From Myxococcales bacterium (GTDB taxonomy: Bacteria; Myxococcota; UBA727; JABDBI01), in NCBI GenBank assembly GCA_947445025.1, contig CANFCB010000001.1, positions 2,816-66,815 on the forward strand: a stretch of DNA of 64,000 nucleotides. The letters run 5' to 3'. Positions 28,682 through 38,512 of the stretch are shown in pieces. The position numbers and the translations under genes were made by a program. The notes under the pieces are model-generated. The model did no database searches, was not told the origin of the DNA, and saw nothing but the letters and a program-made list of their open reading frames with translations. The number at the start of each line of letters is the position of its first letter. Within the stretch, counting starts at the first letter, position 1.

Positions 28682-30478
28682 ATGGCAAACCGTTTTATCC
28701 GTAATTTTTCAATCATTGCTCATATCGACCATGGCAAAAGCACCTTGGCTGATCGCATTTTAGAAACGACGGGCGCGCTTGCTGCCAGAGAAATGAAAGA
28801 GCAGTTTCTCGATAAAATGGAGCTGGAACGCGAAAGAGGGATTACCATTAAATCCCAGTCGGTCCGCCTTTCTTTTAAAAGCGACGACGGTAATACTTAT
28901 TTACTCAATCTCATCGATACCCCCGGACACGTGGATTTTGGCTATGAAGTGAGTCGCTCTTTGGCTGCTTGCGAAGGGGCTTTACTGGTTGTTGACGCCT
29001 CTCAAGGTGTGGAAGCGCAGACCTTAGCTAATGTGTATCTGGCTTTGGAAAATGATTTAGCGATTGTGCCGGTGATTAACAAAATCGATTTGCCAAGTGC
29101 AGAGCCTGAGCGTGTTAAAAAAGAAATTGAAGAAGTAATTGGCATTGATGCGTCGTATGCGGTTTTGGCTTCGGGGAAGACTGGAATCGGAATACACGAG
29201 GTCTTGGAAGCTTTAGTGAAGCATATTCCGCCGCCAGCGGGAGAGTCACATCATCCTTTGCAAGCACTTATCTTTGACAGTTGGTTTGATACCTATCGCG
29301 GCGTGGTTGTTTTGGTTCGTGTGGTTGAAGGTGAGATTTTACCAGGACAAAGAATTAAATTAATGCACAACAATAAAGAATTTGTCGTGCAAGAAGTGGG
29401 TGCGTTTGCGCCGCACCCGATTAAATTAGATAAGATTGCTGTGGGTGAAGTGGGTTTTGTCGTCGCCAATATTAAAGTTGTCACCGACGCTAAAGTAGGT
29501 GACACTATTACCAATGTCGAGAATCCTGCTGAAAAGCCTTTGGCTGGATTTAAAGAAGTGCGGCCCATGGTTTTTGCCGGTATTTTTCCCATTGAGAGTA
29601 CGGATTATGAAACGCTGCGCGACGCTTTGCAAAAATTAGCGCTTAATGATTCCTCGCTGGTTTTTGAACCTGAAAGTAGTCAGGCTTTAGGATTTGGTTA
29701 TCGTTGTGGCTTCTTGGGATTGTTGCACATGGAAATTGTGCAAGAACGTCTGGAACGTGAATTTGATTTAGATTTAATTACCACGGCGCCAACAGTTATT
29801 TACAAAGCCTATTTGCGATCGGGCGAAGAAATCTGCATTGATAACCCAGCGAAAATGCCGGATCCAACCAAAGTGGACTATTTAGAAGAACCTTATATCC
29901 GCGCCCAGATACATGCGCCTTGTGAGTACGTCGGTGCGCTGATTACTTTGTGCGAAGAAAGGCGAGGGGAGCAGGTGGGGATTGAATATCCCACACCGAC
30001 TCATGCCGTGGTTGAATACATATTGCCGCTGGCTGAAGTCGTTTTTGATTTTTTCGACAAACTCAAATCTTTGAGCCGTGGTTATGCCAGTCTCGATTAT
30101 GAACTGGAAGGCTATCGTCGCTCCAAGTTGGTTAAGGTTGATATTTTATTAAACGGCGATCCTGTTGATGCATTGTCGTTGATTTTGCACCAGGCTTCTT
30201 CTCAGCAGCGCGGCAAAAATATTTGCGAAAGAATGAAGGAAATTATTCCGCGCCAGCAATATCAAGTAGCGATTCAGGCGGCCATTGGTGGCAAAATTAT
30301 TTCACGCGAAACTATTTCTGCGCTTAGAAAAGATGTGACCGCCAAATGCTATGGCGGTGATATTAGTAGAAAACGTAAGTTGCTTGAAAAACAAAAGAAA
30401 GGTAAAAAACGCATGCGGCAAATTGGCAAAATTGAAGTCCCACAAGCTGCGTTCTTATCTGTCCTTAAAATTGATTAA
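28682..30478 (+). CDS. lepA: Elongation factor 4
   Basis: [19 protein letters not shown]1 box, [12 protein letters not shown], LepA-specific C-terminal domain. Confidence 0.9.
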   Translation: MANRFIRNFSIIAHIDHGKSTLADRILETTGALAAREMKEQFLDKMELERERGITIKSQSVRLSFKSDDGNTYLLNLIDTPGHVDFGYEVSRSLAACEGALLVVDASQGVEAQTLANVYLALENDLAIVPVINKIDLPSAEPERVKKEIEEVIGIDASYAVLASGKTGIGIHEVLEALVKHIPPPAGESHHPLQALIFDSWFDTYRGVVVLVRVVEGEILPGQRIKLMHNNKEFVVQEVGAFAPHPIKLDKIAVGEVGFVVANIKVVTDAKVGDTITNVENPAEKPLAGFKEVRPMVFAGIFPIESTDYETLRDALQKLALNDSSLVFEPESSQALGFGYRCGFLGLLHMEIVQERLEREFDLDLITTAPTVIYKAYLRSGEEICIDNPAKMPDPTKVDYLEEPYIRAQIHAPCEYVGALITLCEERRGEQVGIEYPTPTHAVVEYILPLAEVVFDFFDKLKSLSRGYASLDYELEGYRRSKLVKVDILLNGDPVDALSLILHQASSQQRGKNICERMKEIIPRQQYQVAIQAAIGGKIISRETISALRKDVTAKCYGGDISRKRKLLEKQKKGKKRMRQIGKIEVPQAAFLSVLKID

Positions 30479-30488
30479 AAAGAGTGGA

Positions 30489-31790
30489 ATGATGAAATCG
30501 AGTTTTTCTTTAGGTCGTGCCGTAGCGCTAATTCTAGGCTTTTTGCTGGTATTTGTCTTATGGGGTTTGGTTTTTTCGCCAGGTGGTTCTGGTTCAAATA
30601 TCCTGCTCGGCATTATGCTAGCTATTGCTGGTGTTTATTTTATAGTGGTCAATTTGGGCCCATATTTTGATGCTTATTTTTTTCATGGCGGCACCAAACA
30701 AAGAGCGGTGTTATTTTATGAAAGCAGCCGTGCTTTGCTGGAAATGCAGACACGACTTCGAGAAATTTTAGCTAAAAAGAAAACACGCGCAAAATACAGC
30801 GAAGCAGTTTTGCAAAAAGTGGAGTCTTCTTTACAAAATTTACAACAGACTATTTTAAAGGTTCAAGCAGAATGGTCCAATCAAGCCAAAGCCAATGAAC
30901 ACGTCTTCGCTTTACAATCGGCTTTAGCATCTGCTCAAGAATCGATGAAAACTCTTTTGGGAAAAGCAATGCGTCAGCATTTTCTAAGTGGCTGGGATTC
31001 TTTGTTGTTGGCTCTGTTGGCTGCTTTGGCTTTGCGAGCTTTTATTATTGAGCCTTTTCAAATTCCCTCGGGATCAATGATACCAACGTTACTGGTTGGT
31101 GATCATCTTTTTGTTTCTAAACTACGCTATGGCATTGTTAATCCATTTTCCAAAACGCCCTCATACTTTGTGCAATGGTCAACCCCAAAACCCGGCGACG
31201 TCGTGGTATTTGAGGCGCCTCATTATGTGGGTAGTCATGCCGGGCAGACTTGGATTAAAAGAGTGGTAGCAGGGCCAGGGCAGACTGTTCATATCGAGAA
31301 TGCTGTGGTTCACGTTGATGGCAGGCCTTATCTGCATATTACGCCGGCAAAAGAAGTGAATTATTTAGATTATTTTGGCGCGGGATCCAGTGGCTGGATT
31401 TTTAGTGACGATGGTGTTTGGCGAGAACAGGAAGCTATGTCGACGCGTGAACAAATATCTGAGGATGTGACACACGATATTTATATGCGTTTGCCTGGTA
31501 TGCGTTTGCCCTTTGAAGATCAATGGCCAGCTTTTTCACAACCGGCATTGCCAGGGCTTACTTGCACTTCTTCTGAGTGTACTGTTGATGATGGATATTT
31601 GCTGGTGATGGGAGATAACCGCGGCAATTCCAGCGATGGCCGTGTTTGGGGAGCCTTGCCTATTAATAACGTAAAGGGCAAAGCGATTTTTGTGTGGATG
31701 AGCGTTGACGGCTATAGAAACTTAGTGAAAATAGGCCGATTTTCGCTGCCTGATTTTCGCTGGTCGCGCTGGTTTACTCGAATTAGGTAG
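30489..31790 (+). CDS. lepB: Signal peptidase I
   Basis: Catalytic Ser box GSMIPTLLVGD, Lys box, GDNRGNSSDGR. The ORF extension overlapping lepA is rejected; an ATG with a GAGTGG Shine-Dalgarno-like site lies at ~30489. Confidence 0.85.
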   Translation: MMKSSFSLGRAVALILGFLLVFVLWGLVFSPGGSGSNILLGIMLAIAGVYFIVVNLGPYFDAYFFHGGTKQRAVLFYESSRALLEMQTRLREILAKKKTRAKYSEAVLQKVESSLQNLQQTILKVQAEWSNQAKANEHVFALQSALASAQESMKTLLGKAMRQHFLSGWDSLLLALLAALALRAFIIEPFQIPSGSMIPTLLVGDHLFVSKLRYGIVNPFSKTPSYFVQWSTPKPGDVVVFEAPHYVGSHAGQTWIKRVVAGPGQTVHIENAVVHVDGRPYLHITPAKEVNYLDYFGAGSSGWIFSDDGVWREQEAMSTREQISEDVTHDIYMRLPGMRLPFEDQWPAFSQPALPGLTCTSSECTVDDGYLLVMGDNRGNSSDGRVWGALPINNVKGKAIFVWMSVDGYRNLVKIGRFSLPDFRWSRWFTRIR

Positions 31791-31797
31791 TGGCGGC

Positions 31798-33036
31798 TTA
31801 CTTTATAACCACCGTCGCCCAACGTTTTTTTCCGGCTCGTATTGCATAAGAGCCGGGACTTAATTGGTGTCCCGCGTCTTCGATGCGTGTGCCTTCGACT
31901 GAAATAGCGCCTTGTTTTATCAAACGTTTCGCTTCGCTGCTGGAAGGCGCTAGATCTGCTTTAACTAATACTTGCAGCAACAGCAGTGTTGGTCCGTCGC
32001 TGTGAATTACTACCTCAGGAGCATCATCAGGGATTTCGTGGCGTTTTCCGGCGCCAAACAATTCATGAAATTGCGATAAAGCCGATTCTGCTGCAGTCTG
32101 ACCGTGGAATCTAGAAACTATTTCTACGGCCAGTGCTTCTTTAGCAAGCTTTGGATGACCGGCTTTTAAGTCTTCAATTTCTTGTGGACTTTTAAGTGAC
32201 AAAAGATCGAAGTAGCGCCACATGAGCGGATCGCAAATGCTCATTAATTTACCAAATTGTGAGCCAGCATCTTCGTCAAAGCCAACATAATTGCCCAGAG
32301 ACTTAGACATTTTATCGCCCACAATGCGGCCATCTTCAACGCGCGCTTCCAGTCCTTCTAGAAGTGGAACGGTCATAATGCATTGCGGTTCTAGTCCGTA
32401 GTGCCTCATCAAATCACGGCCAACCAACAAATTAAATAATTGATCGCTACCACCTAATTCAATATCAGGTTTCATGACCACGGAATCGTATCCTTGCATC
32501 AGTGGATACAAAAGTTCGTGCATGCTAATGGGTCGGCCTTCGCTTAGGCGTTTTTTAAAATCATCACGTTCAATCATGCGCGCTACCGAGTACTTGGCGG
32601 CCAAACGAATCAAATCCATGAGATTCATAGGGGCTAGCCACTCAGAATTAAACTGCACAACGGTTTGCTCTGGGTCTAAAATTTTGAAGACTTGTTTTCT
32701 GTAGGTGGCAGCGTTGTTGATAATATCGTCATCGCTAAGAGGAGGGCGTGTGACATTTTTCCCGGTAGGATCCCCTATGCGCGCGGTAAAATCACCGACT
32801 AAAAAAATAACGCGATGGCCCAAGTCTTGAAACTGGCGCATTTTAGTGAGCAAAACTGCGTGTCCTAAATGCAAATCAGGAGCGGTTGGATCAAAACCTG
32901 CTTTTACTGTGAGCGGCTTACCTTCGATACGGCTTTTTTCTAACTTCTTTTTAAGCTCCGCAAGCACTTCTAATTCAACAATGCCACGTGTCAGTATGGC
33001 CAATTGTTCATCTACAGGAGCAAATTTAATTTTCAT
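31798..33036 (-). CDS. tyrS: Tyrosine--tRNA ligase
   Basis: HIGH motif (PDLHLGHAV), KMSKS, C-terminal S4 domain. Confidence 0.9.
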   Translation of the reverse strand: MKIKFAPVDEQLAILTRGIVELEVLAELKKKLEKSRIEGKPLTVKAGFDPTAPDLHLGHAVLLTKMRQFQDLGHRVIFLVGDFTARIGDPTGKNVTRPPLSDDDIINNAATYRKQVFKILDPEQTVVQFNSEWLAPMNLMDLIRLAAKYSVARMIERDDFKKRLSEGRPISMHELLYPLMQGYDSVVMKPDIELGGSDQLFNLLVGRDLMRHYGLEPQCIMTVPLLEGLEARVEDGRIVGDKMSKSLGNYVGFDEDAGSQFGKLMSICDPLMWRYFDLLSLKSPQEIEDLKAGHPKLAKEALAVEIVSRFHGQTAAESALSQFHELFGAGKRHEIPDDAPEVVIHSDGPTLLLLQVLVKADLAPSSSEAKRLIKQGAISVEGTRIEDAGHQLSPGSYAIRAGKKRWATVVIK

Positions 33037-33551
33037 AAAATAATCTCAAAAGAAGGTGTACGTATCATATTCATGCATTGATCGTGTTCATCAACGGGGA
33101 TTTCTTCAAATAGTTGAGAGTCTAGACCAATTCCAATCGTAAAAATTTGCTCTGGGGGGATGCTAGCTAAAAAACGATCATAATACCCTTGGCCTCGACC
33201 TAGGCGGTTACCTCGCATATCAAAAGCGACCCCGGGAACAATCATCACCGCAATGTCATTAATATCATTATCGCAAAATTGCATCGAATAATCGGCAGGG
33301 TTGGTTTTTGGAAAAAAGTATTTGATATGATGTTGCCGTAATAATTCACAAAGCGGCTCGGTACTAATTTCATCGGAAAAACTTTTAAATACCGCGACGC
33401 CTTGTTGTGGGGCTAATTTGTCATGTATGACCGGCAATATGGCCTTGGCTACAATTGTTCCTGCTTCTAGCTTTGCTTTCGCGTCAATCTCAGCAAGCTT
33501 GTCTAGGCAAGATTTACGAAAACGGGTTTTTAATGAGATCATCTGTATCAC
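33033..33551 (-). CDS. ygfA: 5-formyltetrahydrofolate cyclo-ligase
   Basis: GVAFDMRGNRLGRGQGYYDRFL signature. Confidence 0.8.
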   Translation of the reverse strand: MIQMISLKTRFRKSCLDKLAEIDAKAKLEAGTIVAKAILPVIHDKLAPQQGVAVFKSFSDEISTEPLCELLRQHHIKYFFPKTNPADYSMQFCDNDINDIAVMIVPGVAFDMRGNRLGRGQGYYDRFLASIPPEQIFTIGIGLDSQLFEEIPVDEHDQCMNMIRTPSFEIIL

Positions 33552-33870
33552 TGTGATGATGTGGCAACAAAGAAAGTGCGTCTTGAACTTCTCTTAAGGC
33601 GCCTTCGGCACGTTCTTTTAATCCCTGTTTAATACGCAGCAACTCATCTTCTTTTTGCAGTAATTGATCTGCCAAATTCAACGCAGTTAATAACGCAACA
33701 TGATAAGTTGACACCGTGTGGCTTTGTTTTGCCACATTTTCTAATTGCGAAGTGACATATTGGGCAACGGCCTGAACATATTCTTCGCTTTTATCAGACC
33801 GTAGCGTAAAACGCTGGCCCAATAAGGATACTTCGACTCTTTTCTTGTTATTTACCTGATTGACAACCAT
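33514..33870 (-). CDS. zapA: Cell division protein ZapA
   Basis: VSLLGQRFTLRSDKSEEYVQAVAQYV matches the ZapA N-terminal domain, followed by a coiled coil. Conserved zapA-ygfA synteny. Confidence 0.7.
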   Translation of the reverse strand: MVVNQVNNKKRVEVSLLGQRFTLRSDKSEEYVQAVAQYVTSQLENVAKQSHTVSTYHVALLTALNLADQLLQKEDELLRIKQGLKERAEGALREVQDALSLLPHHHSDTDDLIKNPFS

Positions 33871-33910
33871 ATTTTTGGGCTCCTTTTATCCCATCATAAA
33901 GTAAAAATGG

Positions 33911-34522
33911 CTATTCATTCAATAAGCGTTTGCGAATTTTTTCGCGATCAAAGCTGGCTAATCTTTGTGTGCGGACAATAGACGTTAGATCAAAAAGCGC
34001 ACGATCCAATTTTTCATTGTTAATGACATAATCATAGTGATCCAGACCGATACGAATTTCATCTCTGGCGGCCAGTAATCTTTTTTCAATCAGATCTTCT
34101 GGATCTGTGCCACGGTTGCGCAATCTTGTTTCTAATTCATCAAGAGATGGCGGCAAAATAAAGATAAGAACGGCCTGCGGATAATGCTTTTTAATCTGCA
34201 ATCCACCCTGGACATCAATATCAAACAAAACATCTTTTCCTTGGGCCAAGGTGGCTTCAGTCCATTCTGCCGAGGATCCATAATGATGTCCATGCACCGA
34301 AGCCCATTCAATGAAAGCGTTATCGAAGATCATTTTGTCAAATATTTCTGGCGTGATAAAGAAATAATCTAAATCACTTTGTTCGTGTCCACGTGCATGG
34401 CGAGTGGTGTGACTTACGCTGATTTGTAAGTTGTTCATGCTATCGACGAGCAAATGAGCCAAGGTGGTTTTTCCGGTACCGCTCGGTGCGCTTAGCACCA
34501 CAGGAAATGCGTTTCTAGCCAT
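33911..34522 (-). CDS. gmk: Guanylate kinase
   Basis: P-loop SAPSGTGKTTL and GMP-binding residues. Confidence 0.9.
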   Translation of the reverse strand: MARNAFPVVLSAPSGTGKTTLAHLLVDSMNNLQISVSHTTRHARGHEQSDLDYFFITPEIFDKMIFDNAFIEWASVHGHHYGSSAEWTEATLAQGKDVLFDIDVQGGLQIKKHYPQAVLIFILPPSLDELETRLRNRGTDPEDLIEKRLLAARDEIRIGLDHYDYVINNEKLDRALFDLTSIVRTQRLASFDREKIRKRLLNE

Positions 34523-34579
34523 TTTAGAACCCTCTCATTTTGCTAATATAAAAATGGGTAGATAGCACAAAGCGTGGTT

Positions 34580-35476
34580 TTATTCAATGTTTTGGACTTG
34601 TTCACGCAGTCGTTCAATTTCAGCTTTAATTTCGACAACCAGATGTGAGGCAAAAGCATTGGCGCATTTATTCCCAATAGTGTTGGCCTCACGGAACATT
34701 TCTTGGCACAAAAAATCTAATTTCCGGCCAGAAGATTTACTGCCACAGAGACTAAAAAAATGATCAAAATGTGCGAGTAAGCGATTTATCTCTTCGGTGA
34801 CATCGGATTTATCAGCGAGAAAAGCAGCTTCCTGGGCAAGTCTTGTATCATCTAAACCATGTTCTGCCAAAAGTTCTCTCATGCGTCCTAATAAATACGC
34901 ATGATGTTGCTTTGGTGTTTCTTGAACATGGACTTTTAGCTCAGCCACCATTTTTTTACATGAAGAGAGCGCCTCAGATATAGGTAAGAAAAGATTTTTA
35001 CCTTCTGTTTCTCTGGCCGCCAAAAGATCAATAAGCGCCAAATCAATGGTTGTTTGAGCCAAAGGTTTTATTTTTTCCGTCAAGTCAGTCAAATCTTCTA
35101 CGGAAAACAACTCGTGAATACTGAGGAGATCCCCAATGCGTATATTAGCATCGAGACCGGGTTTTACTGCTCTAAACGCCAGCAAGGCATCTACTAAATT
35201 TGCTGCGGCCTGTGAATCAAACTTGATTTTCTTTAAATTAGTCAATTGATGACTGAGTGTCATGTGAATGTCGACGCGTCCTCTAGAAAATAAACGCTGC
35301 ACCTTTTTGATATACTCAGATTCACAGCTAAATAATTCTTTGGGAAGTCGAATTTTGACATCTAGCCCCCTATGATTGACGCTGCGAATTTCACAAATAC
35401 AAAGAAAATCATTTTGTTCAGCGACGCCTCGACCAAAACCAGTCATGCTTTGTATGTTGAGATCATTTTTCTCCAT
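34580..35476 (-). CDS. yicC: YicC-family stress-induced protein
   Basis: N-terminal MTGFGRG start, YicC_N plus DUF1732-like C-terminal domain. Confidence 0.8.
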   Translation of the reverse strand: MEKNDLNIQSMTGFGRGVAEQNDFLCICEIRSVNHRGLDVKIRLPKELFSCESEYIKKVQRLFSRGRVDIHMTLSHQLTNLKKIKFDSQAAANLVDALLAFRAVKPGLDANIRIGDLLSIHELFSVEDLTDLTEKIKPLAQTTIDLALIDLLAARETEGKNLFLPISEALSSCKKMVAELKVHVQETPKQHHAYLLGRMRELLAEHGLDDTRLAQEAAFLADKSDVTEEINRLLAHFDHFFSLCGSKSSGRKLDFLCQEMFREANTIGNKCANAFASHLVVEIKAEIERLREQVQNIE

Positions 35477-36626
35477 TTTTCATAACCTGATGGGGATCCA
35501 GTGCGTCACGCATACCGTCGCCAAAAAAATTAAAGCAAGAGACCGTGACCAGAATAAAAAATCCTGGCCAAAAGGCTAGCATAGGAGATGTTTTTATATA
35601 ATCCACGGCGTTATTGAGCATGTTGCCCCAAGAAGAAACCGGAGGCTGAATACCTAACCCCAAAAAGCTAAGAGCAGCCTCGTAAAGAATATTTCCTCCC
35701 ACTTCCAAAGTAGCGGCGACAATAATCGGCGCTAAAGCATTTGGTAATATGTGCACCAGCAATATACGTCGGTCCCCTGCCCCAAGCGATCTGGCAGCAG
35801 TCACAAACTCCATATTTTTTAATTGCAAAGCCGCAGCACGAGCAAGTCTAGCCACGGTCATCCATCCAAAAAAGACAATAATTAAAATGAGCTTAATAAC
35901 CGACGCCAAATTGCCGCTGCCCACTGATTTCCAGTCGACCATTTTAAAAACTAAAAAGTAACCGGCAAACAAAACTGCCCCGGTGATCAGAGAATCGACA
36001 AGCATGCGACTAAACGACATGGAGTGCTGGCTTTGCGCTCTGGACGATGAAGCAAAACGAAAACATAAAAGCAGTACCGAAAAAATAGCACAGGTTACTA
36101 AGGCGCTCATGTTGTTGCCGTGGCCAAAGAGCACATCTAATTCAAGCGCAGAAAAAACGATCATGAGTGGCAAGACTGGCACGGAAAGCATGGCATCAGT
36201 GAAGCGCATTAATAAGGAATCAACCAGGCCACCATAAAATCCGGCTAAAAGACCGATGATAGAACCGATAATTGCCGACGTAAGTGCCGAAATAATACCA
36301 ACCGAAAGCGATATGCGACCGCCAAAAATAAGTCTGGTAAAGACGTCTTGCCCCAGTTCGTTGGTTCCTAAAAGATGGGGCCAGCCCGGCGCCAAATTGA
36401 CCATCTCTAAAGATGCTGCATCGTGAGATACGTGTAATAATGATTCGATGACACCTGCTAAAAGAGACAGGAGACAGAGAAAAATTAAAATAAAAGCAGA
36501 ATAAAGGGCGAGACGATGTTTGCTAAAACGCTTCCACACCAGATTGCCAAAAGTTTCAATCTGTTCTGGGCGCGCCTTACTCTCTTTTTGAAAGCTAGCG
36601 TTTGGATTCACAGCTTGTGCCACCAT
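35463..36626 (-). CDS. Peptide/nickel ABC transporter permease (OppC/DppC-like)
   Basis: EAA loop …EAALSFLGLGIQPP…, 6 TM. Confidence 0.8.
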   Translation of the reverse strand: MVAQAVNPNASFQKESKARPEQIETFGNLVWKRFSKHRLALYSAFILIFLCLLSLLAGVIESLLHVSHDAASLEMVNLAPGWPHLLGTNELGQDVFTRLIFGGRISLSVGIISALTSAIIGSIIGLLAGFYGGLVDSLLMRFTDAMLSVPVLPLMIVFSALELDVLFGHGNNMSALVTCAIFSVLLLCFRFASSSRAQSQHSMSFSRMLVDSLITGAVLFAGYFLVFKMVDWKSVGSGNLASVIKLILIIVFFGWMTVARLARAAALQLKNMEFVTAARSLGAGDRRILLVHILPNALAPIIVAATLEVGGNILYEAALSFLGLGIQPPVSSWGNMLNNAVDYIKTSPMLAFWPGFFILVTVSCFNFFGDGMRDALDPHQVMKNGEK

Positions 36627-36649
36627 GTTTAAAAAACCTCTTTGCTAGG

Positions 36650-38512
36650 CTATCCGTGCCGAATACGTGGATCAACAATGACGTAAAGTAAGTCAGCCAA
36701 TAAATTGCCGATCATGACCAAAACCGCCGCTATAAGAAACACCACAATAGCCACGTAATAATCACTGCTGGCAATGGCGTCGTATTCTAAACGACCAATA
36801 CCTGGCCAAGAAAACACGGTTTCTGTGAGCACAGCGCCACCAAATAAGGCCGGTATCGACAATGCCAAAATAGTGACAATGGGAATCAAGGCATTTCGTA
36901 AAGCATGTTTTAAGATGACCACTTTTTCAGAAAGCCCCTTGGCCCTCGCGGTGCGAATATAATCGGCGGGCAAGATTTCCAGCATGGCCGCACGCATATA
37001 TCTGAGCCAACGCCCAATGTAAGCAATGGAAAGCACCAGCGTTGGTAAAATAGCATGGGTAAGGCGATCGGATAATACCGCGGAGAGCCCTTCATCTTGA
37101 ATACTTGGTGTTTGCACTCCCCCCGCCGGAAGCCACTGTAAGTTTTCAGCAAATAAGTACATGACCATGATGGCAAACCAAAATACTGGCAGCGAAATAC
37201 CGATAAAAGCAAAGAAGTTGACGATGTAATCAAGCCAAGAATATTGCCGATAGGCACTCAGGATTCCCAGCGGCAAGGCAATGATCAGCGATAGTAAAAT
37301 AGCCGGTATCATGAGTTGCAAGGTGTTACCAATGCGTCCCGAAGATACTATCATGCCCGTGACCTTGATCTTTATGCGCGCCCAAAGAGATAGGCCGACT
37401 GTTGGTGTGGTTACCGAGGGTGTTCCGGCTAAAAGTTCCCAGACCGGTCGTTTGTAAGTGTTAGAAAAACCCAGCGCATTTTTATCACCAGCGAAGACAA
37501 AGATAAAACCTCTGTTAAACCTTGCAGGATCAGGGATGGGTGCTTTTTCCACTGAAAAGGCCGCTTTTGCCTGGTGCCCTTGCTTATTTGTGACAACAAA
37601 TAAAATAGCTGTTTGCCCTGCACCGTCGAAAATATGGGTATAAATTCCATTTTGATCAATGCTTCCCTGGCTGCCCTCAAGTAGTTGATAATGATATGCT
37701 TTAAGGTTGCTATTTTCTTGGTCCACATAAGAAGCTAGATCAACTTTAAAGAGTTTAGGATCGTCGACAACCTGGCTGGGAATAGGATTTACCACAAAGG
37801 TATTTTTTACAAGATTTTTCTTCGTTGATTCTACTGTCACAGTTGCTGATCCGACCGTCTCTAGCCCCACTTTATTTTTGATCACAAACCAAATCTGATG
37901 AAATCCTGGTGTATAAAAAGTTTGGGTAACGGTTAGGCCCTTGCTGCTTGCCCCAAAAAGTCCGTTCACAGTTAATTCTTGTAAGGATTTTTGCTGCATG
38001 TTTTTTTGCAGAACTTGATAATAGGCTTGGTCTTCTGTGGCAATTAATTCTAACATTACGTCTACAACTTCATTGGAACTGGCGGTTTGAATAGCGCTGT
38101 TTGCTTGCATTTTTTGCCAAATTTGCGGACGATTGGTTTTGATCAATTTGGTAATTTCATCTTTTTGCATTCGATAATTGTTATTAAAAATGGCATCGCT
38201 CAAATCAATTGAGGCGAGAGCGCGATTTTCCTTATCCATGTGGACCGTGACGGGTTCAATTTTTTGTGTGGTTGCGGCCCGAAAGGGATCATCGTAGCCC
38301 CAAATCCAACGCACATATTGAACATGCCAAGGTTTATCGAGGCCACGCAATTTTTTGAGGCGTACCACGTCTTCAGGTTTTACGCGTGGATTACTCATAA
38401 CAAGCATATCAACCGGATTGCCCGGCATAGCTGAAAGCAAAGCGAAAAGCGCCATGCTTAAAAATGCGATAATCACCAGCATTTGGCTAAAGCGATATAA
38501 GAGGTGCTTCAT
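36650..38512 (-). CDS. Peptide/nickel ABC transporter permease (OppB/DppB-like) with a ~300-aa periplasmic insertion
   Basis: Canonical OppB N-terminus (…ALFALLSAMPGNPVDM) and C-terminal EAA region (ARAKGLSEKVVILKHALRNA); 620 aa versus ~310 typical. Confidence 0.75.
   Translation of the reverse strand: MKHLLYRFSQMLVIIAFLSMALFALLSAMPGNPVDMLVMSNPRVKPEDVVRLKKLRGLDKPWHVQYVRWIWGYDDPFRAATTQKIEPVTVHMDKENRALASIDLSDAIFNNNYRMQKDEITKLIKTNRPQIWQKMQANSAIQTASSNEVVDVMLELIATEDQAYYQVLQKNMQQKSLQELTVNGLFGASSKGLTVTQTFYTPGFHQIWFVIKNKVGLETVGSATVTVESTKKNLVKNTFVVNPIPSQVVDDPKLFKVDLASYVDQENSNLKAYHYQLLEGSQGSIDQNGIYTHIFDGAGQTAILFVVTNKQGHQAKAAFSVEKAPIPDPARFNRGFIFVFAGDKNALGFSNTYKRPVWELLAGTPSVTTPTVGLSLWARIKIKVTGMIVSSGRIGNTLQLMIPAILLSLIIALPLGILSAYRQYSWLDYIVNFFAFIGISLPVFWFAIMVMYLFAENLQWLPAGGVQTPSIQDEGLSAVLSDRLTHAILPTLVLSIAYIGRWLRYMRAAMLEILPADYIRTARAKGLSEKVVILKHALRNALIPIVTILALSIPALFGGAVLTETVFSWPGIGRLEYDAIASSDYYVAIVVFLIAAVLVMIGNLLADLLYVIVDPRIRHG

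Noticed and set aside
30351-30488. Long 5' extension of the lepB ORF overlapping lepA by 128 nt
   Set aside because: The extension is basic, low-complexity, and lies in the lepA coding frame's shadow. A proper ATG with a Shine-Dalgarno site occurs just after the lepA stop, where LepB's N-terminal TM segment begins.
33514-33551. Looked for a 6S RNA (ssrS) between zapA and ygfA, its conserved position in many bacteria
   Set aside because: The zapA and ygfA ORFs overlap by ~38 nt here, which leaves no intergenic space for an ~180-nt RNA.
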